DNA from: Ruminococcus albus 7 = DSM 20455
Lineage (GTDB): Bacteria; Bacillota; Clostridia; Oscillospirales; Ruminococcaceae
Direction: 5' to 3'
Length of the DNA: 32,000 nucleotides
Assembly (NCBI RefSeq): GCF_000179635.2
Contig: NC_014833.1
Span: forward strand, 2,160,001 to 2,192,000
Positions within the stretch are counted from its first letter, which is position 1, and each line of letters starts with the position of its first letter. The notes below the pieces were generated by a model. The model did not search any database. It was given only the letters and a program-made list of their open reading frames with translations, and had not been told where the DNA came from. Shown here piece after piece: positions 16,900 to 25,496 of this stretch. A program made the translations under genes and the position numbers.

Positions 16900-17718
16900 T
16901 CACTCTTTTCTTTGATAGTACTTCCCATTCACACTGCCGCCGTCTACTAGAATATCAACTCCTGTAAGATAACCATTACGCTCGTCAGCCGCCATAGCTA
17001 TTGCAAATCCTAGTTCTTCCGGAGTTCCCATCCGTTTTTCAGCAGTGTATCTTAGCATAGATGAGCCCTCATTTTTCTCACATTCACCCATATCCGTAGC
17101 GATCAGTCCCGGGCTTAGTGAACATATCCGTATTCCACAACTACCATATTCAAAAGCTGATTTTTTTGCGTACCATATAACAAAATTCTTAGATAGGGCA
17201 TACGCAAGTCCTGAACTCTTGTAGCTGTCCTTTACAAAGCGGCACATTCTTAGTAGTTTGACAAGAAATTTCGCCTCATCCTTTTCGGCAAGTGTATATA
17301 TGCCTTTTGGGACCATAAATTTAGGGAGCTGATAAGCTGAGTTTGATGAAATGTCAACAATAACGCCTTTTTTCATTACCTTTGCAAACTCACTATTTAC
17401 ATATACCGTTCCGAGAGCATTTACTCTCAGTAACTTTTCAGGTTCAGCTATTGATGGTGAAAGACCTGCAGAATGGATCACATTTGTAACTTCGCCGAGG
17501 GATGCCGCATATCTCGCTAGTTCGTGTACCTGCTTTCTGTCAGATGTATCACAGGGCATGATATAAGTTTGCTTATCGTCGGCTTTCAATAATCTAGCTG
17601 CATTGTCGAGCTTTTGTATCGTTCTGCCGGAGAGCAGGAATATTCTGTCATTTGGCATAGCTTTTGCGGCTTCTAACCCCATTCCACTGCCACCGCCTGT
17701 TATCACACATACTTTCAT
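16900..17718 (-). CDS. SDR-family oxidoreductase (classical short-chain dehydrogenase)
   Basis: Cofactor motif TGGGSGMG and the YALSK catalytic Yxxx(K) motif. Confidence 0.85.
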   Translation of the reverse strand: MKVCVITGGGSGMGLEAAKAMPNDRIFLLSGRTIQKLDNAARLLKADDKQTYIMPCDTSDRKQVHELARYAASLGEVTNVIHSAGLSPSIAEPEKLLRVNALGTVYVNSEFAKVMKKGVIVDISSNSAYQLPKFMVPKGIYTLAEKDEAKFLVKLLRMCRFVKDSYKSSGLAYALSKNFVIWYAKKSAFEYGSCGIRICSLSPGLIATDMGECEKNEGSSMLRYTAEKRMGTPEELGFAIAMAADERNGYLTGVDILVDGGSVNGKYYQRKE

Positions 17719-17726
17719 ATTTTAAC

Positions 17727-18740
17727 TCATGCGATTTTCCCACTTGCTTTGAGCCATTTGATCTCATCGTGAATCGTTTCTCTGTATGATCTAGTTCGAT
17801 ATCCTAGCTCACGCTTTGCCTTTGAAGAATCAAAGTCGTTGTTCCTTGCAAGATTGTACACTGAAAATGTCTTCATAAGAGGCTTAACGCCTTTTCTTTT
17901 CGCACGCATTTCAGAGAGCCTTGCGATCATATTTGCGATTTGTATAGGCAGAAATGCCTTCGGCGCTTTGCAATTTGCTTCCTCGGAAACCAGTCGGCAA
18001 AACTCCTTGAAGCTGATCGCTTCGTTGCCTAAGATATAGCATTCACCCTGCCTTCCATTGTCAGCGGCTGCGATCATTCCTTCAGCAAGATCACGTACAT
18101 CGCAGAGATTAAATGTTCCGCTGATACCCATTGGCATTTCACCGCCGATTATCTTAATGAGCGTTCCGGTTGTTTCTCCAACTGCAAAATCTTCCGGTCC
18201 CATGATTCCGCTCGGATGAACAACGCATGCATTCAGTCCTCGCTCTTTTACGGCATCCAGCACCGCCTGCGTCGCCATAGCCTTTGACATAGAATAGCAG
18301 CCTTCGACTTTGTCCTTGTCAAAAAAATCTACCTCGGTGATTTTCTTGCCTTTTGGTGTTTCTGGGATAGCGCCTGTACTGCTGCAATAGACGAGTTTAT
18401 TACATTCGGGGTGTGCAAGACACATATCTATAATATTCTTCGTACCGCCAACGTTCACATCAATGACCTTCTGATTGAATGTCGGATCAACGGTCACGAT
18501 ACTTGCGATATGAAGCACTATGCTTTTCATGCCTTCGGGTACAGTAAAAAGCTTTTCGAGAGTTTCCCTGTCACAGAGGTCGCCTTGAACCACCTCTGCA
18601 CTGTCAGGTATATATTTTGCAGCCGGATCATTTTGCGGGACGAGAGCTCTTACTTTTTCTCCACGCTCTATAAGCTTACGGCATACTGTACCGCCTAAAA
18701 AACCTGCTGCACCTGTAACAATATAGATCATTTTGCTCAT
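17727..18740 (-). CDS. NAD-dependent epimerase/dehydratase family (extended SDR, dihydroflavonol/cinnamoyl-CoA-reductase-like)
   Basis: TGAAGFLGG Rossmann motif and YSMSK catalytic motif. AAGGAG RBS. Confidence 0.85.
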   Translation of the reverse strand: MSKMIYIVTGAAGFLGGTVCRKLIERGEKVRALVPQNDPAAKYIPDSAEVVQGDLCDRETLEKLFTVPEGMKSIVLHIASIVTVDPTFNQKVIDVNVGGTKNIIDMCLAHPECNKLVYCSSTGAIPETPKGKKITEVDFFDKDKVEGCYSMSKAMATQAVLDAVKERGLNACVVHPSGIMGPEDFAVGETTGTLIKIIGGEMPMGISGTFNLCDVRDLAEGMIAAADNGRQGECYILGNEAISFKEFCRLVSEEANCKAPKAFLPIQIANMIARLSEMRAKRKGVKPLMKTFSVYNLARNNDFDSSKAKRELGYRTRSYRETIHDEIKWLKASGKIA

Positions 18741-18785
18741 AGCTATTTCTCCTTGAATATTTCTCAGGTTTTGTATTGATTTATA

Positions 18786-19013
18786 TTAATCCTTCTCAGT
18801 CATACAGCTCGTGATACGGTGTTTGGCTTCATCGACAGTCTCTCCGTCTTTTGCGAGAAACGTGTCAACAAAGCCGTTCTCGATCTTCTTATAACCACCA
18901 ACGACTGCTTTCTCAACAGCTTGGTATCCGCCTACTACTGTATTTTCTACCGACTTGTAGCCCTTAGTCACTGCTATTGCGATCTTATCATTGGTATCTG
19001 CTATCTTTGACAT
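18786..19013 (-). CDS. Small protein (75 aa) with three tandem 11-residue repeats (xVVGGYxxxEx)
   Basis: AVTKGYKSVEN / TVVGGYQAVEK / AVVGGYKKIEN, encoded at about 18876-18974. GGAGG RBS. It is the first gene of the minus-strand operon. Confidence 0.7.
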   Translation of the reverse strand: MSKIADTNDKIAIAVTKGYKSVENTVVGGYQAVEKAVVGGYKKIENGFVDTFLAKDGETVDEAKHRITSCMTEKD

Positions 19014-19070
19014 TGTAATTACCTCCGTTTAATTACATAGTTTTCTTTTTTATATCCGAATTTTACATCC

Positions 19071-19102
19071 GTTTTGTTGCTGTATGGTTTGAGTTTTGTT
19101 GC
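19071..19102. promoter_or_regulatory. Two exact 10-bp direct repeats GTTTTGTTGC spaced 22 bp apart: a candidate OmpR-family response-regulator binding site
   Basis: Copies lie at 19071-19080 and 19093-19102. On the minus strand the proximal copy ends 16 nt upstream of a TATAAA -10 element for the small-protein operon, so it replaces the -35. Confidence 0.5.
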
Positions 19103-19129
19103 AGTAGTATTAAATTACGCCGATGTATC

Positions 19130-19158
19130 TTGAAAGACGCTTTGATATTTGGTATAAT
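19130..19158 (+). promoter_or_regulatory. Sigma-A promoter of the two-component operon
   Basis: TTGAAA (19130-19135), a 17-nt spacer, then TATAAT (19153-19158) with an extended -10 TG. Confidence 0.55.
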
Positions 19159-19234
19159 TACAAAAAGAAGATTTATGGAATGCCTTATCCATGAGTATCA
19201 GGGCACAGAAAAGTTACAAAAAGGAGGAATTACA

Positions 19235-19906
19235 ATGATACATATTTTAGTAGTTGATGATGACAAAGATCTGAACCGTCTTGTTTGCAGTTATCTGAAT
19301 GACAGCGGATTTTCGGCAAAGGGCTGTCTTTCTGTGGGTGATGCTTACAACGAGATGTATGCTAATCTCTACGACCTCATCATTTCAGATATTATGATGC
19401 CGAAAATGGACGGCTTTGAGTTTGCTGAAACGATCCGAAGACTGAATGCGAATATCCCGATAATATTTCTATCGGCAAGGTACGATCTGTCCGCAAAGGA
19501 TAAAGGGTTCAGACTCGGCATCGACGATTATATGGTGAAGCCGGTGGAACTTGCAGAGCTGGATATGCGTGTTCGTGCACTTCTGCGACGTGCCAATATT
19601 GCAGAAGCGAAAAAGCTGACAGTGGGTGACCTGACACTGGACAGTGATGCTATGACAGGCACAGTAAACAGCGAGGAAATGCCATTATCTACAAGAGAAT
19701 TCAATATACTGTTCAAGCTGCTCTCGTATCCGAACAAGACCTTTTCGAGAGCGCAGCTCATGGATGAATTCTGGGGCGTTGATTCTGATGCAAGTCTGCG
19801 GTCTGTTGATGTGTATATAACAAGGCTGCGTGATAAAACGGCAGCTTGCACAGGATTTGAGATCAAGACAATTCGTGGTATCGGCTACAAGGCGGTGCTG
19901 AAATGA
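19235..19906 (+). CDS. OmpR/PhoB-family response regulator
   Basis: Receiver domain (ILVVDDD, DLIISDIMMPKMDG) plus a winged-helix Trans_reg_C domain (LSTREFNILFKLL, VDVYITRLRDK, IRGIGYK). AAGGAGG RBS before the ATG at 19235. Confidence 0.9.
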   Translation: MIHILVVDDDKDLNRLVCSYLNDSGFSAKGCLSVGDAYNEMYANLYDLIISDIMMPKMDGFEFAETIRRLNANIPIIFLSARYDLSAKDKGFRLGIDDYMVKPVELAELDMRVRALLRRANIAEAKKLTVGDLTLDSDAMTGTVNSEEMPLSTREFNILFKLLSYPNKTFSRAQLMDEFWGVDSDASLRSVDVYITRLRDKTAACTGFEIKTIRGIGYKAVLK

Positions 19907-20964
19907 AATATCAGAATATAGCAAAGACAGCGAGAAGCAGTCGTTTTCCGAAATCCATATTTTTCGGCTACTATGTTGCTTTGCTTTTGCTTTCGGGAGT
20001 GCATATCGGTATACTTGTGGGTATGCAGAAAGCATATTTTAACGAGATCATTGAAATTATCGTTCTTATGAGCTATTGGGCAATGGTGGCAGGAGGACTT
20101 ACGCTGTATACTCGTCATCAGGTGCGAAAGACCTATGAACTGCCGATGATAAGGCTTGCAGATGCAGCAGCAAAAATAGCAAAGGGTGATTTTTCGGTTC
20201 GTGTCGAACCGATCAATGAACGTGAGAAATTTGACTATCTTGATTATATGATAGAGGATTTCAACAAAATGGCTTTGGAACTTGGTAGTATTGAAACGCT
20301 CCGTGTAGATTTTTTCTCAAATGTTTCCCATGAGATCAAAACGCCTATAGCTGTTATTCAGAATTCTGCAGAAATGCTGAAAAAGCCCGAACTGTCAGAA
20401 GAAAAACGACAGGAATATATTGACACTGTCACAAATGCTGCCAAACGCCTTAACAAACTTATCACTAACATCCTGAAACTCAACAAGCTTGAAAAGCAAA
20501 GCATAACCCCTAATGTCAGTGAGTTTGATCTTTGCGATCAGCTTGTGCAGTCGGCACTGCTGTTTGAATCGGTGTGGGAGGAAAAGAGCATCGAATTTGA
20601 AGTAGATATTTCAGACGAACGCAGAATCATCACCGCAGATGCGGAGTTACTTCCGATAGTATGGAACAATCTTCTTTCCAATGCATTCAAGTTTACAGAA
20701 AAGGGCGGAACGGTCACACTTAGGGAATACTCCGTAAGCGGAAAGATCATTGTCGAGGTTGAGGATACAGGCTGCGGCATGGACGAACAGTCGAAAAAGC
20801 ACGTCTTTGATAAATTTTATCAGGAAGATACCTCACATTCTACTGAAGGAAATGGTTTGGGGCTTGCACTTGCCCTGCGTGTTTTGCAGCTCACAGGCGG
20901 TGAAATTGATGTAGTAAGTAAGAAAGGCAAAGGAACAAAATTTATCGTAACTCTGGTTGAATAA
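19903..20964 (+). CDS. Sensor histidine kinase (two TM helices with a minimal loop, HAMP, HisKA, HATPase_c)
   Basis: H-box FFSNVSHEIKTP, N-box NLLSNAFKFT, G-boxes EDTGCGM and GNGLGLAL. ATGA overlap with the regulator stop. Confidence 0.9.
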   Translation: MKYQNIAKTARSSRFPKSIFFGYYVALLLLSGVHIGILVGMQKAYFNEIIEIIVLMSYWAMVAGGLTLYTRHQVRKTYELPMIRLADAAAKIAKGDFSVRVEPINEREKFDYLDYMIEDFNKMALELGSIETLRVDFFSNVSHEIKTPIAVIQNSAEMLKKPELSEEKRQEYIDTVTNAAKRLNKLITNILKLNKLEKQSITPNVSEFDLCDQLVQSALLFESVWEEKSIEFEVDISDERRIITADAELLPIVWNNLLSNAFKFTEKGGTVTLREYSVSGKIIVEVEDTGCGMDEQSKKHVFDKFYQEDTSHSTEGNGLGLALALRVLQLTGGEIDVVSKKGKGTKFIVTLVE

Positions 20965-21029
20965 CACAAAAGTGTATTTATTCTCAGGTGATTCGATGCG
21001 TAAAATTTTCTGCATATAGAATTAGGCTA

Positions 21030-21071
21030 TGCCTTCCGTTCCACGTTCACGGAGGACATTGCTTTTTTTCT
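21030..21071 (+). terminator. Rho-independent terminator of the two-component operon
   Basis: ATGCCTTCCGT / ACGGAGGACAT forms an 11-bp stem with one mismatch. TGCTTTTTTT follows. Confidence 0.7.
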
Positions 21072-21160
21072 ATTATAGAAAATCTTTATAGTCACTTGAT
21101 TAAAACACAGTTAAATCGGGAAGAATCGAGAAAGTTTACAATCGAACTCATATAATGGAG

Positions 21161-21189
21161 TAGACAAATGCATGATTTTATGTTATAAT
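21161..21189 (+). promoter_or_regulatory. Sigma-A promoter of the folate operon
   Basis: TAGACA (21161-21166), a 17-nt spacer, then TATAAT (21184-21189) with an extended -10 TG. Confidence 0.5.
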
Positions 21190-21209
21190 AATTAATTGTA
21201 AATCTATTT

Positions 21210-21713
21210 ATGGGACCGGTCAATGAAATGAAACTAGAATTTACCAACCGCATACTAAAAAATGAATATTATCAGGATCAGCTCCACATATTGTGTGAGC
21301 TTGAAAAAGACAGGATCTTCTGTCGTCACAATATTGAGCATTTTCTTAATGTTGCCCGAATAGCAATGATACTTTGCGGACGCAAACGCATCAAGATCTC
21401 TGCTGACATTATCTATTCGGCTGCACTTTTACATGATATCGGAAGAGTGCAGGAGTATACCGAGGGCATTGAACATGATGTGGCAAGTCAGTCAACAGCT
21501 GCTAAGATTCTCGACAGCATAGAATGTCCGCGTGATATACGCGAAAAGATCATCCGTCTTATTGCAAGCCATCGTAATACGAAAGCAGATCCCGATACAC
21601 CTGAAGCTATGTTCAATAAGGCAGACAAGCTCTCACGGAACTGCTTTGAATGTAATGCCAGGTCGCTGTGTAAATGGCAGAAAGATAAAATGAATTTGGA
21701 AATAGAGGTATAA
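21210..21713 (+). CDS. HD-domain phosphohydrolase (first gene of the folate operon)
   Basis: H..(NIEHFLNV).. and LLHDIGR motifs of the HD superfamily. It ends 2 nt before folP. The start codon is uncertain (21210 or 21228). Confidence 0.7.
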   Translation: MGPVNEMKLEFTNRILKNEYYQDQLHILCELEKDRIFCRHNIEHFLNVARIAMILCGRKRIKISADIIYSAALLHDIGRVQEYTEGIEHDVASQSTAAKILDSIECPRDIREKIIRLIASHRNTKADPDTPEAMFNKADKLSRNCFECNARSLCKWQKDKMNLEIEV

Positions 21714-21715
21714 TT

Positions 21716-22540
21716 ATGAAAATCGGCAACAGAGAATTTGATACTGAAAACGAATGCTATATTATGGGCATACTCAATGTGACACCTGACTCTTTTTCAG
21801 ACGGAGGTAAATTCAATAACATAGACAGTGCCCTTTCTCATGCAGAGGCAATGATATCAGAGGGTGTTGATATCATTGATGTCGGAGGAGAATCCACAAG
21901 ACCGGGGTTTACACGTATCAGTGACGATGAGGAGATAAGCAGGATCGTACCTGTAATTGAAGCTTTAAAGGAAAGATTCGATGTTCCTGTTTCAATTGAC
22001 ACATACAAATATAAAGTCGCTTCAGCGGCAGCAGAAGCCGGTGCAGATCTTTTCAATGATATTTACGGGCTTAAATACGACAATGGCGAAATGGCTGCAT
22101 TTATTGCAAAAAGCGGTCTGCCTTGCTGCCTGATGCATAACAGGAATAATATGGACTACGTCTGCTTTATGGACGATCTTATAAATGATATGCGAGAAAC
22201 AGTCGATATTGCTAAAAAAGCCGGTATCACCGACGATTCCATTATTCTTGATCCGGGTGTTGGATTTGCAAAGTCCTTGGAAAACAATCTTGAAGCTATC
22301 GACCGTCTGGATATGCTTAAAAATGAACTGGGATATCCAGTACTGCTCGGTACCTCCAGAAAATCAGTGATAGGCCTTACTCTTGATCTACCAAGTGATC
22401 AGCGTGTTGAGGGAACTATTGCAACAACTGTTATCGGAGTTATGCGAGGTGCTGCGTTTGTACGTGTTCACGACGTCAAAGAAAACCTAAGGGCGGTTAA
22501 AATGACACAGGCTATAATGAGAGGTTACAAACGTGGATAA
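21716..22540 (+). CDS. folP: Dihydropteroate synthase
   Basis: IMGILNVTPDSFSDGG, DIIDVGGESTRPG and ILDPGVGFAK are canonical DHPS motifs. Confidence 0.95.
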   Translation: MKIGNREFDTENECYIMGILNVTPDSFSDGGKFNNIDSALSHAEAMISEGVDIIDVGGESTRPGFTRISDDEEISRIVPVIEALKERFDVPVSIDTYKYKVASAAAEAGADLFNDIYGLKYDNGEMAAFIAKSGLPCCLMHNRNNMDYVCFMDDLINDMRETVDIAKKAGITDDSIILDPGVGFAKSLENNLEAIDRLDMLKNELGYPVLLGTSRKSVIGLTLDLPSDQRVEGTIATTVIGVMRGAAFVRVHDVKENLRAVKMTQAIMRGYKRG

Positions 22541-23351
22541 GATATGTATTGAAGAACTGAGAATATTTGCGCATCACGGAGTATTTGAACATGAAAATAT
22601 AAACGGACAGAATTTCTATGTCAACTCCGCGCTGTATGTAGATACAGAAAAAGCCGGGATGAACGATGATCTGGAAAGCTCCGTGGATTACAGCAAAGTA
22701 TGCGAACTTCTTGAAAAGGTAATGACAGAAAATACCTTCAAGCTGATTGAAACTGTCGCACAGAAAGCCGCTGAAACTATTCTCATGGAATATCCGATCG
22801 TCAGTGCTGTTGATTTGGAGATACGCAAACCTGAAGCTCCTATAGATATGGATTTCAGCTCAGTATCAGTTAAGATACACAGAGGATGGCATAGAGTTCT
22901 TCTCTCTCTCGGGTCAAATATGGGTGACAGCAGGGGATACCTTGAAAATGCTTTTGAAAAGCTGCGTGAGTGTCCTTATATACGAAATGTAAAATGCTCC
23001 GAGCTTATTATAACCAAGCCTTATGGTTATACAGAACAAGCTGATTTTGTTAATGGTGCAGTGATATGTGAGACAATGCTCAGCCCTCACGGATTGCTTG
23101 AATTGACGCAGTCCTTAGAAAATTCAGCTGACCGCAGACGTGAGATACACTGGGGACCGCGCACCCTTGATGTGGATATTGTGTTCTATGACGATGAAGT
23201 TATATCTGATCCTGATCTGATAATACCGCATCCTGATATGCATAACCGTGAATTTGTACTCGCACCGGCAGCTGAGATAGCATCCTATTACCGCCACCCA
23301 ATATCAGGTAAAACAGTTTCACAGCTCCTTGCTGAGTTGGCAAAACAATGA
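22533..23351 (+). CDS. folBK: Bifunctional dihydroneopterin aldolase / 6-hydroxymethyl-dihydropterin pyrophosphokinase
   Basis: N-terminal FolB region (LRIFAHHGVFEHENINGQNF). C-terminal HPPK region (VLLSLGSNMGD, WGPRTLDVDIV, IPHPDMHNREFVL). GTG start overlaps the folP stop. Confidence 0.9.
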   Translation: MDKICIEELRIFAHHGVFEHENINGQNFYVNSALYVDTEKAGMNDDLESSVDYSKVCELLEKVMTENTFKLIETVAQKAAETILMEYPIVSAVDLEIRKPEAPIDMDFSSVSVKIHRGWHRVLLSLGSNMGDSRGYLENAFEKLRECPYIRNVKCSELIITKPYGYTEQADFVNGAVICETMLSPHGLLELTQSLENSADRRREIHWGPRTLDVDIVFYDDEVISDPDLIIPHPDMHNREFVLAPAAEIASYYRHPISGKTVSQLLAELAKQ

Positions 23352-23839
23352 TATGCATTATCGCGGCAGTAGCCGCTAACGGTATAATTGGCTCAAATGG
23401 AGGTATCCCCTGGGATATTCCTGAAGACAGACATTATTTCAGAAATATCACTGAGGATGGTGTCTTGATTATGGGCAGACGTACCTATGAGAGCATCGGC
23501 AGACCGCTGCCCGGAAGGTACAATATTGTTATTTCACGCAATACAGACTACACAGGCAGTATGCTCAGAACAGTAGCGAACCTTGAAGAGGCTATCAAAG
23601 CAGCAGAAAGATATGTTCAACGCAAAAGGAAAGGGGATATATTCCTCTGTGGAGGTGCTGAGATATACCGTCAGGGACTTGCTTTTACGAAAAAATTGTA
23701 TCTGACCGAACTTTATGACGAATATGAAGGCGATGTGTATTTCCCAGAGTTCAATCGTGACGAGTTCGGCTGTGTGAGCTGTGATGAACACCATGAGCTC
23801 GGACTACGGTTTTGTGTCTATGAGCGTTTAAATAAATAG
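23348..23839 (+). CDS. folA: Dihydrofolate reductase
   Basis: IIAAVAANGIIGSNGGIPW, LIMGRRTYESIG and CGGAEIY are classic DHFR motifs. ATGA overlap with the upstream gene. Confidence 0.95.
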   Translation: MICIIAAVAANGIIGSNGGIPWDIPEDRHYFRNITEDGVLIMGRRTYESIGRPLPGRYNIVISRNTDYTGSMLRTVANLEEAIKAAERYVQRKRKGDIFLCGGAEIYRQGLAFTKKLYLTELYDEYEGDVYFPEFNRDEFGCVSCDEHHELGLRFCVYERLNK

Positions 23840-23903
23840 TATACAGCGGCTAATTTACACAACTTGTTGATATGTGTAAATAGTAAAATTCTATAATTTA
23901 TAT

Positions 23904-23931
23904 TAAACGTCTCTTCATCGAGGCGTTTTTT
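23904..23931 (+). terminator. Rho-independent terminator of the folate operon
   Basis: AAACGTCTC / GAGGCGTTT forms a 9-bp stem with one G-U. It runs into a T7 tract. Confidence 0.7.
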
Positions 23932-23986
23932 TCAATTAAATATTACTATTATGAAGCAGGAAATTAAGTTTATATTTCAAAAGAAC

Positions 23987-24020
23987 ACTCCGACAAGCAG
24001 GAAGACTGTTGGAGTTTTTT
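23987..24020 (+). terminator. Second, orphan terminator-like hairpin
   Basis: ACTCCGACA / TGTTGGAGT forms a 9-bp stem with one G-U and an 11-nt loop, followed by T6. It lies 56 nt after the first terminator. Confidence 0.45.
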
Positions 24021-24420
24021 GTTATACTCAAATCTTCCTGTGTAAAATAGTGAATACAAGAGGAGCATATATTAATCAAAAAATATAAATATCATATATA
24101 TTCAAGTTTTTGGGATATATGAGCGTATATATGAACAAAAAACGAAGATTTTAGAAAAATAATCATCAAACATCACTGAATTATTTTTACAATCTTAGCT
24201 AATTTTAGCATAGCTGACGAAACCATTGGATTTTAAGATTTTTACTTTACTTTTCAGAGAAAAAATGGTATTATAAATTAAAGATATGTCATTTATGGAT
24301 ACGAAAATGGATATTTCAGTTCTGATATGCTGGTTTATATACTGATTCAATTTTCGTATTAATACAATGAACTGCATTAATTACCGTACTTGTGTTATAT
24401 AATTGTCTGGAGACTGAGAA

Positions 24421-25317
24421 ATGTATAAAAGAGTTTTTTTATTTAATGGTATTGGTCCAAGCTATGAAAAACTGCTTGCAAAACTAACACCTGAACTTAT
24501 GGATAAATATTCATACTATTACGAAACCGCCTGTTCAAGACTTGGACTTAATAAGGATATCGGAAAAAATCTGGGATATGACTCAAAGATAGCGCAGTGG
24601 CTAGTACCATTTGTTTGTGACAGAGTGATATATGAGTACTGCATCAGCAAAGGCATAACTCCTGATATCGGCATTGGTTACAGTTCCGGCATAGTAAGTG
24701 CAAGTGCCTGCTTCAATGCGATACCTCATGAGGCTGCATGGGATATAGTTAAATCTCACAGGTCTATGCTAATTGCGTTGGACGATGCTCATGAGGAGCT
24801 TGATACCGGAATAATCGTAGGATTCTCTTATGATGACCTTTCAGAACTGCTCAACAAGGAATTCTCACCTGACGATCTTGTTATCGGCAGCGGTAACTCT
24901 ACATTCCACGCTATGATTAGCGGTAAAGCAAGCGCGGTCGAAAAGGCTATAGAAATCTGCACCAACGAAGGAGCACTGAAAGCTTTCCGCCTGAATACCG
25001 GCACAGCTTTCCACCATTCAATAATGAAGAAGTATTCACTGGAATACATCAAGTACTGTAATGACCTGAAATACAATGATCCTGATTATCCGATGATGTC
25101 TGTTTTCGATTTAACCGTACTGACTACAGCCGAGCAGGTGGCTCGTGAAAATCAGCTTAATGTGTATACGCAGATGCGATGGGATCTTGCACTGAAAGAA
25201 CTGGAAAAGCTTGGAGTGACAGAGTTTTTCGACATAAGTGCGAACGGTTCGCTCAGTAAACTGTCAAGAGTTGGCAGAAAGTGTAAAATGTACACTTTCG
25301 ATGATATATGTTCATAA
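24421..25317 (+). CDS. Free-standing acyltransferase (FabD / trans-AT-like, malonyl-CoA:ACP transacylase fold)
   Basis: N-terminal FLFNGIGPSY (compare FabD FLFPGQGSQ). Nucleophile elbow GIGYSSG (GxSxG). The R of HRSML is a candidate carboxylate-binding Arg. TGTAFHHS resembles the FabD AFHS His. GGAG RBS. Confidence 0.75.
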   Translation: MYKRVFLFNGIGPSYEKLLAKLTPELMDKYSYYYETACSRLGLNKDIGKNLGYDSKIAQWLVPFVCDRVIYEYCISKGITPDIGIGYSSGIVSASACFNAIPHEAAWDIVKSHRSMLIALDDAHEELDTGIIVGFSYDDLSELLNKEFSPDDLVIGSGNSTFHAMISGKASAVEKAIEICTNEGALKAFRLNTGTAFHHSIMKKYSLEYIKYCNDLKYNDPDYPMMSVFDLTVLTTAEQVARENQLNVYTQMRWDLALKELEKLGVTEFFDISANGSLSKLSRVGRKCKMYTFDDICS

Positions 25318-25496
25318 TCAGAATTTGTATCTGCGTATAATTGCAGCTAGGTTTGTTAAATATTTATCAATTTAGCACAGTAAGATCTTTACTGTACTAA
25401 AAAGCTGTCGGGTGTGGCTTTCAGTTTTCAATGGAAAGCTCTGAAGGCTGAAAGCTGTACCTAACAGCTATAAAGCTTTATTTGGAGGTAAACATA

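Noticed and set aside
20965-21209. Possible THF (folate) riboswitch upstream of the fol operon
   Set aside because: The region resolves into the kinase terminator (21030-21071) and a promoter whose -10 element lies only about 20 nt before the first ATG. That leaves no room for a leader of about 90 nt. I saw no THF-like conserved core, but an Infernal/Rfam scan would be the definitive check.
23951-24088. 45-codon ORF (MKQEIKFIFQKNTP...) between the fol operon and the cluster
   Set aside because: It has no RBS, spans a terminator hairpin and has an AT-driven composition.
24195-24377. 60-aa minus-strand ORF in the AT-rich spacer
   Set aside because: It has no RBS, an I/N/K-rich low-complexity sequence, and is most likely a chance ORF in AT-rich DNA.
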